From contig JAJZND010000011.1 in NCBI GenBank assembly GCA_021848025.1, positions 16,664 to 80,663 of the forward strand: a stretch of DNA of 64,000 nucleotides, given 5' to 3'. Position 1 is the stretch's first letter, and each line of letters starts with the position of its first letter. The position numbers and the translations under genes were made by a program. The stretch comes from Candidatus Micrarchaeota archaeon (GTDB lineage Archaea > Micrarchaeota > Micrarchaeia > Micrarchaeales > CABMGC01). Below the pieces are notes generated by a model. That model did not search any database. It was not told the DNA's origin and worked only from the letters and a program-made list of their open reading frames with translations. This document shows, piece after piece, positions 1 through 10,580 of this stretch.

Positions 1-1
1 G

Positions 2-280
2 AAGAAAGATATAAAGCAGGCCATAGATATGGCGATGGCCAACCACAAAGCACTGCAATATGATAGTGCAGCGAAATATGCGCAGGCGCTGATGAAGAAA
101 GTAAATGAGTTGCGCGTGGTAAGCTTTACCGAGGAGGAGGAGTTCAAGGCCCTGTCGGAGGCTGCAGAATATATCTCAAGCGTAATCGGAATGGCCGTCA
201 AGGTTGAGAAGGAAGAGGAATCAAGGTCGTCAAGGGCAGCACGTGCCCATCCCATGAAGCCAAGCATAGAGGCAAGCTAG
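2..280 (+). CDS. hypothetical protein, 3' part (reading frame open to window start)
   Basis: ORF 29..280 has no in-frame stop back to position 2. Helical, acidic sequence with no recognised motif. Confidence 0.3.
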   Translation, partial: KKDIKQAIDMAMANHKALQYDSAAKYAQALMKKVNELRVVSFTEEEEFKALSEAAEYISSVIGMAVKVEKEEESRSSRAARAHPMKPSIEAS

Positions 281-294
281 GTCATTTCTGGATT

Positions 295-993
295 CTACAT
301 CCTAAAGAACACGCCTCTCGAGAAGAAGGATATTATTATTGCAATTATGAAAACATATACTACATCGTATATTATTGCCGGACCAAACACGAAGAAGAGC
401 GGAGCCAGGATCGCGGCCATTACAATCACATAAACGCGCGTGTCCCACGCAAGAACCTTCGAACCATCGAGAGGGGAGATAGGCAGCATGTTGAAGAAGG
501 CAAGCCAGAGGCTTATAAACAAAGTGACCGAGATTGCTGCGCCCGCATAACTATGCGCACCTATTGGAAGTATGGATCCTATTATGAAGAAGGCTGCGAA
601 TATGGCGAGATTTGTGAGAGGCCCTGCAAGCGAGACGTAGCCGTTCTCTTTCTTTGTGAATGAACTCGTATATATCATCGTTGCGCCTGGCAGGCCTATC
701 AGGAAGCCTACAAGGCTCGAGAAGAGCGTTATTATTATTCCCAGGTCAGAGCGCCGGAAGCCGGCTATCGCACCAAACCTCTGTGCGACTATCTTGTGCA
801 TGTATTCGTGTAGTATAAATGACAGGGAAGCTGCAATAAAAGCTATCGGCAGGTAATAAAGGAAGCTTCCAATGCCATTGCCTCTTAACACGCCGCTGAG
901 CAGCACCGCAAAGGCTATTGTAAGAGCTGCATCAGCGATAAGCAGATCCTCAATTTCTCCAGTGAGGTTGATGTTTTTCCTGTAAAAAGCCAT
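295..993 (-). CDS. site-2 protease family (M50) intramembrane zinc metalloprotease
   Basis: HExxH motif (HEYMH) inside a TM segment, plus the second M50 motif FNMLPISPLDGSKV. Polytopic membrane profile. Confidence 0.85.
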   Translation of the reverse strand: MAFYRKNINLTGEIEDLLIADAALTIAFAVLLSGVLRGNGIGSFLYYLPIAFIAASLSFILHEYMHKIVAQRFGAIAGFRRSDLGIIITLFSSLVGFLIGLPGATMIYTSSFTKKENGYVSLAGPLTNLAIFAAFFIIGSILPIGAHSYAGAAISVTLFISLWLAFFNMLPISPLDGSKVLAWDTRVYVIVMAAILAPLFFVFGPAIIYDVVYVFIIAIIISFFSRGVFFRM

Positions 994-1118
994 ACTACCA
1001 ATGTTACTTTAGCTTTCTAATATAAATATCTCATTTGCAAAAAGATTTAATTATATCTAATGTATAGTTTACGAAGCAGTTAAAAGCCTACCTCTCTGCT
1101 ACAAGTTACAATATCTGA

Positions 1119-1191
1119 AGTCCCATAGTGTAGTGGTCAAGCACGCCAGGCTCTGAACCTGGAAACCCCAGTCCGAATCTGGGTGGGACTA
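1119..1191 (+). tRNA. tRNA-Gln (anticodon CUG)
   Basis: Hand-folded cloverleaf. Acceptor AGTCCCA/TGGGACT is 7 bp perfect, D stem GTGT/GCAC. Anticodon stem CCAGG/CCTGG with loop CT-CTG-AA. T arm CCCAG-TCCGAAT-CTGGG, discriminator A. No encoded CCA and no intron. Confidence 0.9.
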
Positions 1192-1295
1192 AATTTCTTT
1201 GCAATCGAATACGCATTGCGGCAACAACTTCTGTTCGCTGCAAACGAAAAGTTTATATTCTTTATCATTTTTATACTCTTGGGATTTCTGGTATT

Positions 1296-1547
1296 ATGGT
1301 AAAGCCTGTTCATGTAGTAATAGCAGTACTTCTTCTAATACCTCTGATAGCATTGCTAGACATACCATCATACAATAGCGTCAAACCCTCGCTTGGAGGA
1401 ATTTCGTTCTTTTACTGGTATCAGTTGCTCTGGATGCCAATAGCAGCAATTTTGTATTACATTGCATCTGTCCTATGGAACAACCTTGAAAGAGATGAAC
1501 CTGTGGCCGATGCGAAGCAAAGGCGCAGACGCGTGAAGAGGAAATAA
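1296..1547 (+). CDS. small two-TM membrane protein, DUF3311-like partner of the downstream symporter
   Basis: 83 aa, two TM segments (motif FFYWYQLLW) and a basic tail. The stop lies 1 nt before the symporter start, the usual arrangement for SSF accessory subunits. Confidence 0.6.
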   Translation: MVKPVHVVIAVLLLIPLIALLDIPSYNSVKPSLGGISFFYWYQLLWMPIAAILYYIASVLWNNLERDEPVADAKQRRRRVKRK

Positions 1548-1548
1548 T

Positions 1549-3072
1549 ATGATTAACTTGATATCTCAGATAGTTTTCGTACTCTTATTCATAATCTTTG
1601 TCGCACTGGGATTTTACGGAAGCAGATGGAGAAAAGGGGATCTGAGAAAGCTGAAAGAATGGGGGCTAGCCGGAAGCAGACTCGGCACTTCTCTAGGCTG
1701 GTTCCTGCTTGGAGCAGACATCTATACGGCATATACGTTTATAGCAGTGCCATCCTCACTCTTTGCAAAAGGCTCCATATACTTCTTTGCAGCTCCATAC
1801 GTTATAATAACATATGCGTTCGCGATGTGGGCAATGCCTAAGTTTTGGAGGATAGCGAACAAGCGCGGCTACATAACTGTTGCTGACTTCGTTAAAGAGA
1901 TATTTAACAGCAGGCTGCTTGCAATCTCGGTCGCATTAGTTGGCATAGTAGCTGAGCTTCCATACATCGCCCTGCAGATAGTGGGCATGCAGGCAGTATT
2001 AATAGCTTTGTTGAGTGGAATAGGCGCTACGGCAGTTATAATCGAACTCTCGCTTATAGTTTCATTCATAATACTGGCAGCGTTTACTTGGACCAGCGGT
2101 CTCAGGGGTGCAACTCTGGGCGCGATTCTAAAGGACGCACTCATACTGGTAAGCGTGGTGGCCGTTGTCGTAGCTGTTCTTTCAATAGGCGGTTTCCAGA
2201 CGGCATACGCCAAGGCTTCAGCAACATCTATACACTACTTCCAGCTTCCGCCAAGCCTATACAATGCTTATTGGAGCCTCTTCGTCTTCAGCGCTCTTGC
2301 CCTCTATCTTTATCCGCATGTAGTAAATGGCTCGCTGGCTCAGAAAAATCCTAAATCAGTAAGAAGAACAGCGTCGCTGCTTCCACTCTACAGCATAGGC
2401 CTTGGATTACTAGCAATGTTTGGATTCATGATATACGGGGTGCCTGCAGCAATGAGCTATGTTAAGTCGTTTCCTGTGTCAGTTCAGGGAACACAAGTAG
2501 TTCCTGGCTTGATACTCACGCTGCTTCCTTCATGGCTTGCCGGAGCCGCGCTTCTCGGCATATTTATTGGCGGTCTTGTGCCAGCAGCGATCATGGCGAT
2601 AGCTGCAGCTAACCTCTTTACGAGGAACATAGCAAGGGAAATAAAACCGAAGATGACCCCTTCTGGCGAGACAAGAGTCGCACAAGTCTTTGCGGTTGTG
2701 TTCAAATTTCTCGCACTTGGTTTTGTCTTCATAATACCTGCCACATTTGCCATACAACTGCAGCTTTTCGGTGGCATACTAATACTTCAAATACTTCCCG
2801 TTTTTGTGTTTGGCCTTATAACAAAGAACCTCAACAGAAGAGCATTGTTCTTGGGGCTTCTTGCTGGAGTGGTTAGCGGCGTCTACATGATGCTGGCTGC
2901 CAACAATTACTCCACATGGTTGACTACGCTTATAGCAACAGGGTTCGGGCCTGTATTTATAGGAATGCTTGCGCTAGCAATAAACATAATCATAGTAGTG
3001 GCTGGCACACTTATAGCAAACGCAATGAAGATAACAAACAATGTACCGAAAGCCGTACTTAATGATTTCTAA
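1549..3072 (+). CDS. sodium:solute symporter family (SSF) transporter
   Basis: 507 aa with about 13 TM segments. Overall SSF-like pattern and coupling to a DUF3311-like subunit. Confidence 0.8.
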   Translation: MINLISQIVFVLLFIIFVALGFYGSRWRKGDLRKLKEWGLAGSRLGTSLGWFLLGADIYTAYTFIAVPSSLFAKGSIYFFAAPYVIITYAFAMWAMPKFWRIANKRGYITVADFVKEIFNSRLLAISVALVGIVAELPYIALQIVGMQAVLIALLSGIGATAVIIELSLIVSFIILAAFTWTSGLRGATLGAILKDALILVSVVAVVVAVLSIGGFQTAYAKASATSIHYFQLPPSLYNAYWSLFVFSALALYLYPHVVNGSLAQKNPKSVRRTASLLPLYSIGLGLLAMFGFMIYGVPAAMSYVKSFPVSVQGTQVVPGLILTLLPSWLAGAALLGIFIGGLVPAAIMAIAAANLFTRNIAREIKPKMTPSGETRVAQVFAVVFKFLALGFVFIIPATFAIQLQLFGGILILQILPVFVFGLITKNLNRRALFLGLLAGVVSGVYMMLAANNYSTWLTTLIATGFGPVFIGMLALAINIIIVVAGTLIANAMKITNNVPKAVLNDF

Positions 3073-3152
3073 GGTTTTCTTTCTGAGATGTCATCTCTTT
3101 GAAAGTAATTGAAAGTAAGCCCGATCTCCAAAAACCCCAGGATATTGCATTG

Positions 3153-3962
3153 TCATTTAATGTGCTTCCTGAAAAAGTCACGCACCATCTGCCATGAGTC
3201 TTCAGCAGCATCTTTATTGTATGTCAGTGCGCTTGTATCATCAAAGAATGCGTGCCTGGCTCCCGGATACGTCTTCACAGTAAACGGTATCTTATCCTCT
3301 ACAAGCTCCTTGACAAGCTCGTGAATGTGGGTATTTATCCTGGTATCTTCACCTCCGTACAATCCCATTACTGCTCCTTTCACGCCCTCTATTTGCTCTA
3401 TAGGCTTTGGATTCTCACCATAGAATATTACTGTTGCATCTGTCTTACCTTTGCAGGCAAGGTTTATTGAAAGTCCGCCTCCAAAGCAGAAGCCCATGCT
3501 ACCAATCTTTCCATTTACATTCTTCAAAGTGGCAACATAATCTATTCCTGAAGACAGATACTGAACAAAAAGGCCTACCGAACTATTTGCGAAAAGGATA
3601 TCGTTTACTGACATTACTGCTTTCCTTGCATCATCTCCAAGCTTTTCCAGTTCATTTGCCCTATAATCTGCGTCTCTCTGCTTCTCAGGAGGTATAGACA
3701 TCATGAATTTCATGGTTTCCTGTATGTTTTCCTGCGTTAGCACCTGTGACAGCTTGTTGCTGGAAAAGAGGTTAGGAGCAAGTACAATATAACCTTCAGA
3801 GGCGAGTCTATTCGCAACATCTTTTATATGGTCATTAAGCCCAAAGATTGCATGTATTAAAATTATGCTTCCATGTTTCCCGGAATCGTCCGGCTGTGCA
3901 AGATAGGCCGAGATTGAGTCACCAAGGGTGTCATATTTTATGCTCTTGCTCTTAATCTGCAT
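3153..3962 (-). CDS. dienelactone hydrolase family alpha/beta hydrolase
   Basis: Nucleophile elbow with Cys (GFCFGG) and a C-terminal PGARHAF histidine motif. Size is typical of the DLH family. Confidence 0.75.
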   Translation of the reverse strand: MQIKSKSIKYDTLGDSISAYLAQPDDSGKHGSIILIHAIFGLNDHIKDVANRLASEGYIVLAPNLFSSNKLSQVLTQENIQETMKFMMSIPPEKQRDADYRANELEKLGDDARKAVMSVNDILFANSSVGLFVQYLSSGIDYVATLKNVNGKIGSMGFCFGGGLSINLACKGKTDATVIFYGENPKPIEQIEGVKGAVMGLYGGEDTRINTHIHELVKELVEDKIPFTVKTYPGARHAFFDDTSALTYNKDAAEDSWQMVRDFFRKHIK

Positions 3963-4048
3963 CTCATCACGCTTCTAATTAGCACTATACATTAAAATTC
4001 ATTAGCTCTTCCCTTAAGATGAAGAAGGCTGCACAGTATATTTCTATC

Positions 4049-4423
4049 CTATAAAAAGTAAATCAGGAATGTTAATAATAATGCCGTAATCAAAGAATAA
4101 AAATTGATGCTCATGGCTTTTCGCATGTCTTCCCTATGGGCATCGCTGTTCCTTACCACGCCTCTTTTACCCCCAGAGCCTGTTAAATCATATATCCTTC
4201 TCGCTGCAAAACCTGCGCAGAATTTGAAATAACCCTGATATATCCCCTCAAATCCCAAAAAGAGGGGTATAAAGCAAACCAGCAGTACCAATCTGGGAAG
4301 AGAGAATGTTACATACAACGATATGATTGCTATGGCGGCTGCAACGCCAAAGCCGCCTAACGCATACCGTTTTATTATCTCATTTTTGCCTATGTTGCAG
4401 ACTCCAGGCTTATATGCTACCAT
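4049..4423 (-). CDS. hypothetical membrane protein
   Basis: 124 aa with three predicted hydrophobic segments. No recognised motif. Confidence 0.5.
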   Translation of the reverse strand: MVAYKPGVCNIGKNEIIKRYALGGFGVAAAIAIISLYVTFSLPRLVLLVCFIPLFLGFEGIYQGYFKFCAGFAARRIYDLTGSGGKRGVVRNSDAHREDMRKAMSINFYSLITALLLTFLIYFL

Positions 4424-4560
4424 TCAGATCAATGTGTAATAGTCGTAAATATATAAATAGCATTGGTCGCTTCCCTTCAGCTTGCAACTACAAAATTATA
4501 AACCCTAGCGGAAAGCTCATATCATAAATAGTAGATCAAAGCAAAATGCAACAAAAGGCG

Positions 4561-4568
4561 TATAAATA
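4561..4568 (+). promoter_or_regulatory. TATA-box-like element (TATAAATA) 27 nt upstream of ATG 4595
   Basis: Matches the TTTAAATA/TTTATATA element seen 20-35 nt before many starts in this window. Confidence 0.35.
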
Positions 4569-4594
4569 TTAACGGTGTAAATGAAGTGGTCGTC

Positions 4595-4750
4595 ATGAAA
4601 ACTGCGCATGAGTATAAGGCCTGTCCTTCAAAGGAGCAGCATAAATTTTCGCATGAACTGGCAAATTCATATTCATTCATCGCATACGAAGAGTTAGAGA
4701 TACCAAACCTGGACGCTCCCAATCTTCAATTAAGGGCGGATGTCATATAA
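4595..4750 (+). CDS. candidate small protein (51 aa), not in the supplied ORF track
   Basis: Hand-translated ATG..TAA ORF: MKTAHEYKACPSKEQHKFSHELANSYSFIAYEELEIPNLDAPNLQLRADVI. It has canonical TATA spacing. It competes with the antisense track ORF 4522..4722. Confidence 0.25.
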   Translation: MKTAHEYKACPSKEQHKFSHELANSYSFIAYEELEIPNLDAPNLQLRADVI

Positions 4751-4815
4751 ATATCCATTTAATTTAATACACTGGAGCGTGATGTCCATATCTTTATAGT
4801 TTACAAGTGATTTTT

Positions 4816-5766
4816 ATGGAGAATTTATCTTGGACAGAAAAATACAGGCCATCCAAACTTGACGAGATAATAGGCCAGGGACCTATAGTGGATAGGCTTA
4901 AGAGCTTTGTAAAGGCAAATAACTTTCCCAGCATGATCTTTTCCGGTCCTGCGGGTGTAGGCAAAACCACTTCTGCCATAGCCATGGCCAAAGAGCTATA
5001 CGGTGAGCATATAAGCGAGGCATTTCTCGAGCTTAATGCCTCTGATTCGCGCGGCATTGACGTTATAAGGGGCAGAGTCAAGGAATTTGCAAGGACAATC
5101 GCGCTTTCTTCAGGCTTTGTGAAGATAATATTCCTGGACGAAGCCGATGCCCTTACTCCAGAAGCGCAGCATGCATTAAGGCGGACAATGGAGCGATATT
5201 CGGCAACAACCAGATTTATACTTAGTGCAAATTACTCAAGCAAGATAATTGAACCAATACAGAGCCGGTGTGTGGTCTTCCGTTTTAAGCCGCTTAAGGA
5301 GGAGGAAATGCGCGATTATATAAACAGGATAGTCAAAGGCGAAGCGCTTAAGATAGACGATAAGGCCGTAGAAGCGCTGCTTTATGTGAGTGAGGGCGAT
5401 CTGAGAAAACTAACAAATATTCTTCAGAGCGCTGTCGGCAGAAGCGAGTCTATAACTGAAGATCACATCTATGATATAGCCTCCAAAGCCAGGCCAAAAG
5501 AAGTCAGTGCAATGCTAAGATATGCGATAGGCGGGGATTTTGTCAAGGCAAGAAATGAGCTTAACACATTGCTCATGGTTTACGGAATGAGCGGAGAAGA
5601 CATACTCCTGCAATGCTACAGGGAAGCTCTTAACCTGCCTGTTGACCAGCATGCGAAGTTGAAGCTGATCAGCAGGATAGGCGACTGCAATTTCAGAATT
5701 GTGCAGGGCGCAAACGACAGGATACAATTGGAAGCGCTGCTCGCCGAGATGGCAATGCCGTCATGA
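4816..5766 (+). CDS. rfcS: replication factor C small subunit
   Basis: N-terminal WTEKYRP, Walker A GPAGVGKTT, Walker B DEADALT and the SRC motif (IQSRCVVFRF). First ATG at 4816; the track ORF begins at GTG 4807. Confidence 0.92.
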   Translation: MENLSWTEKYRPSKLDEIIGQGPIVDRLKSFVKANNFPSMIFSGPAGVGKTTSAIAMAKELYGEHISEAFLELNASDSRGIDVIRGRVKEFARTIALSSGFVKIIFLDEADALTPEAQHALRRTMERYSATTRFILSANYSSKIIEPIQSRCVVFRFKPLKEEEMRDYINRIVKGEALKIDDKAVEALLYVSEGDLRKLTNILQSAVGRSESITEDHIYDIASKARPKEVSAMLRYAIGGDFVKARNELNTLLMVYGMSGEDILLQCYREALNLPVDQHAKLKLISRIGDCNFRIVQGANDRIQLEALLAEMAMPS

Positions 5767-5892
5767 TAATTTTATAAGCCAGCCTTCAAGTCAGCCTCCA
5801 AACTAACTATAACATTGTAATTTTTACTAATCAGAAAATGCCGGCATTAAAATTGGTGCCCGATATTGTACATTAAAGATAAATAACAATAT

Positions 5893-6387
5893 GTGGGCCA
5901 TATTATTACGAGGGAGAAGTGGATGGTTTTAAGGCAGAAAGAAGATATTCGCGAAATGCCGCCTTCTTATATGCTGAGGCATCCGTTCGAAGCGTACAGA
6001 AACAGGCAGGATGCCAAGGCACTGTTTAGAAAAGTAGTAAATGACGCACAGAACCAATCAACGTCAGGAGAGCATATATTTGCGTTCATGTCGTATAAAG
6101 ATGCGCAAGGCATAGCCAAGAAAGGCCATTTGGGCGCAATAGCGGGATTATCTGCCTTACTCGGAAAGGCGCGTGAGTTTTTATTTGAAGCTGCTGCTGG
6201 CACACCTAACTTTATAAACGCATTCAGGGATACCAGAAGCAAGACGAAAAGCCACCTACTTGAAGTGCAGCGCATAGAGTCTGAACTTAAAGAGCAAAGC
6301 CTGGAGGCAGAGCTTGAAAGGCAGGGCTTAAACCCGGGGCGTTATGACCATGAGCCTATTAAAAAGCTAAGGCGTTCCGATGCCTAA
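5893..6387 (+). CDS. hypothetical protein
   Basis: 164 aa, GTG start (alternative ATG at 5923). Charged, helical C-terminus and no recognised motif. Confidence 0.45.
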   Translation: MGHIITREKWMVLRQKEDIREMPPSYMLRHPFEAYRNRQDAKALFRKVVNDAQNQSTSGEHIFAFMSYKDAQGIAKKGHLGAIAGLSALLGKAREFLFEAAAGTPNFINAFRDTRSKTKSHLLEVQRIESELKEQSLEAELERQGLNPGRYDHEPIKKLRRSDA

Positions 6388-6391
6388 AAGG

Positions 6392-7546
6392 CTATGGCAG
6401 GAAGTCCCTAGTTTTTATTTTTTCTTTAATGTATTCGTCAACGAATGTTAACCTTGGCCCTTGCAGTGCGTCCTGCTCCAGCTTCTTCTTTGACTTTATC
6501 ATCCTGGCCAGCTCTACCTCCCACTCTTTGTATTTCTTAATCCATTCGTAGCTTATCATCTCTTGCGCTCTTTTCAGGTCCACTTCGCTGGCGTTTATTG
6601 TAAGCTTGTTAAGAAACTCGTATTTGTCAAGGTCGCCCATTGTCACCCCGATGAATTTCGCATCAGGCGTCGCGACATCGCCGCCAATATACGCAAGATT
6701 TATGCTCCCTGTCTTTATTGTCCAGTATATGTACCACCCCCATGCGTCAGAGTCAGTGAAGACATATACGGGCAGTCCCTTTTCAGAGAGCTTTTTTATC
6801 AATCTCCTCGTGCCTCTGGCAGCCTGGCCCTGGGGAGTCATTATTATCGCATTTTCTTTCTTCCAGAACAGGTCTTCGTTCAGCCTCTGCCATAAGGCGT
6901 CTTTTTCAACCACAAGCACATACTTTGCCTTTACATCTACAAATTCAATGTCATTATCTACATCGCTGGGTATGGCCCATCCGCTTCTTCCCTGTTTTGT
7001 GCAGTCAATCTCTATCTTCTCATTGCCGAACGTGTCAATGATCTTCAGATTGCCTGCGAGCACTCCCTTCCTGTTTGCATTCAGATTTAGTTCTTCTCTC
7101 TTAAGCCCCAGCGCAACTTCCAGATCCTCTATGAGCGGATTCGACTCTGCTTGTTCGCTGAAGATGTTCTCATCAACATCTTCGCCAAGCGAGAATTTCA
7201 GCTGGTAGTAAAGTCCCCTTATCGTAGTGTGCAGATTCTCCCTTATGAATTTATGACATTTGGCTGCAATTGCTATTGTCTGCATAAACTTCTTCGACTG
7301 TGCTACATTTATGAAACTCCTTTCTTCTGAGGCGCTTCCCAATTTCAGATACCTGTTTTTCTGGTCATAAAGTATGTTGGAACGCGTCCTTGCAAGCGTC
7401 GTGAATTTAGGATTCCGTCCTGAATCTATGTCATTTATTATGGACTTGCCGAGGTCTTCTATAACCTCATTCGGTTTCTTCTCGATAGGGTTCTGCTTAG
7501 CCATCTTGCTCACCTGCCGTAATTGCTTATTTGCACTTGCAATCAC
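6392..7546 (-). CDS. top6A: DNA topoisomerase VI subunit A (Spo11 family)
   Basis: Catalytic-Tyr region TIRGLYYQLKF. Toprim acidic motifs VVEKDALW and FTDSDAWGWYIY. Length 384 aa. Confidence 0.9.
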   Translation of the reverse strand: MIASANKQLRQVSKMAKQNPIEKKPNEVIEDLGKSIINDIDSGRNPKFTTLARTRSNILYDQKNRYLKLGSASEERSFINVAQSKKFMQTIAIAAKCHKFIRENLHTTIRGLYYQLKFSLGEDVDENIFSEQAESNPLIEDLEVALGLKREELNLNANRKGVLAGNLKIIDTFGNEKIEIDCTKQGRSGWAIPSDVDNDIEFVDVKAKYVLVVEKDALWQRLNEDLFWKKENAIIMTPQGQAARGTRRLIKKLSEKGLPVYVFTDSDAWGWYIYWTIKTGSINLAYIGGDVATPDAKFIGVTMGDLDKYEFLNKLTINASEVDLKRAQEMISYEWIKKYKEWEVELARMIKSKKKLEQDALQGPRLTFVDEYIKEKIKTRDFLP

Positions 7547-7550
7547 TGAA

Positions 7551-9554
7551 CTATTTCTCTACGCTGGCCTTGGGCTCAAGGAGCGGCAGCCTCTCTCTGG
7601 AATCGCCGGTAATGTAGCTCCTTAGCTTTTTGACCATTGCGTCTTTCCTTGCGCTGTCCTTCAGCCCTGCCTCAAGTACATCAGCAATATTCTTCGCAGC
7701 TATCACTTTTATCTTGGAGAGCGTTTTCTTATCTATATTGATGTCCTTTACGTTGTTCTCAGGTATTATTACCTGCTTCATTCCGGCTTCTATTGCTGCA
7801 AGAACCTTGTAAGTTATACCGCCTACAGGCAAGACCTCTCCCCTCACAGAAAGCGAGCCTGTCATTGCGACCTGCTGGTCAACAGGTATCCCTTCTAAAG
7901 CTGAAATAACTGCAACAGCCACTGAGATGCTCGCGCTGTCTCCCTCTACCCCTTCGTAAGTCTGAAGGAACTGTACATGGATATCATAAGCGGTTATGTC
8001 GCGGCCTATGTGGCGTTTTATGATAGCGCTTATGTTCTTTACGGCCTCCTTTGCTATTTTGCCCAGTTTTCCAGTAGGTATGAGTTTGCCCTCAGTCCTA
8101 GAGCTCGCAGGTGTCACTTCTGCGACTATGGGCAGTATAATGCCCGCTGATAAATAAGATGAGCCTACTATCGCAAGGCCGTTTACGCGTCCTATCGCGA
8201 AGCCACTTGTCTTGAAAATCTTGTAATCCTTCCTGTATTCAATCGTCTGCGCCACATACTGCGCTTCTATTGGTTTGGCAAGATCCATTGCCGCTATTAC
8301 GTCATCCTTTGTAACGACTTTCCTGTTGTGCTCGACTGCGATGTCTCCGGCTGCCCTTATCAGGCCCCCGAAGTCCCTAAGTATGAGAGTGAGCCTGCCT
8401 TTTCTGCCGCTCCTCCTCTTAGCCTCTTCAATGAGCTCCATGCATGCATCATAGCTGAACGGAGGAATCTTTCCGTCCTTCTTTATCTCCTGCGCTATAA
8501 ACTTTATAATTCGCTCCCTGTTTGCATCGGTATCAGGCATGGAAGATTCCATGTACACTTCATATCCGTATCCGCGTATTCTTGACCTTAGTGCAGGATG
8601 CATCTTCTGTATATCCTGCAGGTTGCCTGCTGCAACCAGGAGGAAATCTGCAGGCACAGGCTCTGTTCTGACAAGAGCCCCTGAGCTTAGATCGCTCTGT
8701 CCTGTGATTGAGTATTTTCTTTCCTGAAGCGCAGTAAGAAGTTCCTGCTGCGATTTCGGATCCAGATCCGCCACTTCATCTATGAAGAGCACTCCCTTGT
8801 TTGCCTTGTGGATTGCGCCGCTCTCCACCCTCAAATGTGGAGGCGTGCCGAGCCCTCCCGACTGAAGCGGATCATGCTTCACATCGCCAAAGAGCGAGCC
8901 TGCCTTGGACCCTGTTGCATCTATGAAAGGTGCATGCCTCATTCCGGTATTATCTACAATGAGCTTAGGCTCCGACGTGTCAAAGACCCCTGGAAGAAGC
9001 CCGCCCACTTTCCTGAAACTGCTGACGAAGAGTGCTATTGCCCCGAAGATAAGTACTCCGAGTATCAGTGCCGACAGAAGTATGACTTCATACCCGTGTA
9101 TGAAGCTCATGAAAGATATCACTACCAGAAAGACCACTATTATTGCCACTATCGGAACTATGCTGCTTCTGCCCTTCGCAGGGTCCACTCTGCCCTTCAT
9201 CTTTTCTTTCTGCACTATCTGCCTGCCCTGCCCGTCAGGAAGAGGTTTAGACTCATCTATTGGCTGCGGGTAAGTCTTTACAATTTTTACAATAGGTTTA
9301 TTCTCGTCGTTGGTATTCTTGTAAACGAGCACATCTTCAAGGTCCGCATTGGTAAGCAGTTCTGCCATCCCCTGCGCGATCATGGTTTTTCCTGTGCCTG
9401 GATCACCAATTAGTAAAACATTACGATGTTGTTTAGCTGCCTTCTTAGTTATCTCGACTGCTTTGTCCTGTCCAATTACCTGGTCTATAAGCTTTTCCGG
9501 AATCTTAATTTCGTCTGTAGTTTTAAAGCCTTTCATATAATCATTGTTTGCCAC
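7551..9554 (-). CDS. lonB: archaeal membrane-bound Lon protease (LonB type)
   Basis: Walker A GDPGTGKT with two TM helices inserted in the AAA+ domain. Proteolytic Ser motif GDSASIS and a downstream catalytic-Lys region ([10 protein letters not shown]). Confidence 0.92.
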   Translation of the reverse strand: MANNDYMKGFKTTDEIKIPEKLIDQVIGQDKAVEITKKAAKQHRNVLLIGDPGTGKTMIAQGMAELLTNADLEDVLVYKNTNDENKPIVKIVKTYPQPIDESKPLPDGQGRQIVQKEKMKGRVDPAKGRSSIVPIVAIIVVFLVVISFMSFIHGYEVILLSALILGVLIFGAIALFVSSFRKVGGLLPGVFDTSEPKLIVDNTGMRHAPFIDATGSKAGSLFGDVKHDPLQSGGLGTPPHLRVESGAIHKANKGVLFIDEVADLDPKSQQELLTALQERKYSITGQSDLSSGALVRTEPVPADFLLVAAGNLQDIQKMHPALRSRIRGYGYEVYMESSMPDTDANRERIIKFIAQEIKKDGKIPPFSYDACMELIEEAKRRSGRKGRLTLILRDFGGLIRAAGDIAVEHNRKVVTKDDVIAAMDLAKPIEAQYVAQTIEYRKDYKIFKTSGFAIGRVNGLAIVGSSYLSAGIILPIVAEVTPASSRTEGKLIPTGKLGKIAKEAVKNISAIIKRHIGRDITAYDIHVQFLQTYEGVEGDSASISVAVAVISALEGIPVDQQVAMTGSLSVRGEVLPVGGITYKVLAAIEAGMKQVIIPENNVKDINIDKKTLSKIKVIAAKNIADVLEAGLKDSARKDAMVKKLRSYITGDSRERLPLLEPKASVEK

Positions 9555-9651
9555 AATAAGTATTTAAGCATATTTACGAATAAGCGCACCATTCCTGGTA
9601 TAACTGCAAAATCAGTTAATATTGCCAGGCAGGTTTTAATAAATATGCACT

Positions 9652-10572
9652 ATGAAATACTATTGCCGGTGGAACATGCTTATGGCCAAAAATAAAATAG
9701 GTTTCGGTAAAATTTTGCCAAAGTTGCTGGTAATACTTGCTTTTATATTCATAGCATACTTCCTGCTTAGGCATTATGACTTTTCCAGATCCTTTTCAGA
9801 GCTAGTGCTTGTAGAGCTACTGTTAGGCGTACTGATAATAGAAGGGTTGGGGTTGCTGCTTGTATATTACCTTTCCAAGAACATCAACGTACTTGAAGCT
9901 AAAACCCTGAGAGACCTGTTTAGGATATTGTCGTATGTTGTACTTCTGCTCTACATGCTTTACACACTCAACATATCCATAACCGGCTTGCTCGCGAGCG
10001 CAGGGTTTCTTGGCATAGTAGTCGGCCTTGCGGCACAGACAACGCTGTCCAATTTCATAGCGGGCGTGTACCTGCTTTCAAGCAAGGCATTTGAGCCGGA
10101 TGACCAGGTGACGATAAATACATGGCAGTACGGGATGCAGCCACAGAGCTATCCCCACGATAAGTTCGTGCCAGGTTTTAGCGGCATAATAGAAAACATA
10201 GGGCTGCTTTACACTACCTTGCGGAATGAAGAGAATGTGCCCATACTCGTGCCTAACAGTATAGTCGTGCAGGCAATGGTAATAAACTACAGGAGAACCC
10301 GGAACATAAAGAATTCCGAAGAATTGGCAAAGATACAGTTCGATATGGATTACTCGGTTTCCTTTGAAAAGATGAAGAAAGTAGTTGATGAACTGCTGAA
10401 GAAAGATACTAGAGTAATTAGCTATGAGATGCATATAGAGTATCTTCATTCGCAGCTCTATGTTATTACTCTTCATCTGCATGTAAAAGAAGGAGTGAAC
10501 AGGCGAATCCTGCGGACGGATATCTTTACCGAAATAATAGAGAAAAAGAATAAGATGGCTGCAAAGCCATAG
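9652..10572 (+). CDS. MscS-family mechanosensitive channel
   Basis: Pore helix and beta-domain junction GIVVGLAAQTTLSNFIAGVYLLSSKAFEPDDQVTI, with three N-terminal TM segments. The start may be ATG 9682. Confidence 0.8.
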   Translation: MKYYCRWNMLMAKNKIGFGKILPKLLVILAFIFIAYFLLRHYDFSRSFSELVLVELLLGVLIIEGLGLLLVYYLSKNINVLEAKTLRDLFRILSYVVLLLYMLYTLNISITGLLASAGFLGIVVGLAAQTTLSNFIAGVYLLSSKAFEPDDQVTINTWQYGMQPQSYPHDKFVPGFSGIIENIGLLYTTLRNEENVPILVPNSIVVQAMVINYRRTRNIKNSEELAKIQFDMDYSVSFEKMKKVVDELLKKDTRVISYEMHIEYLHSQLYVITLHLHVKEGVNRRILRTDIFTEIIEKKNKMAAKP

Positions 10573-10580
10573 GCGATAGC

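Noticed and set aside
6563-9540. Multiple 60-200 aa plus-strand ORFs (e.g. 6606..7208, 8808..9413, 8905..9273) inside top6A and lonB.
   Set aside because: They lie antisense to genes with unambiguous catalytic motifs, and their composition is antisense-like.
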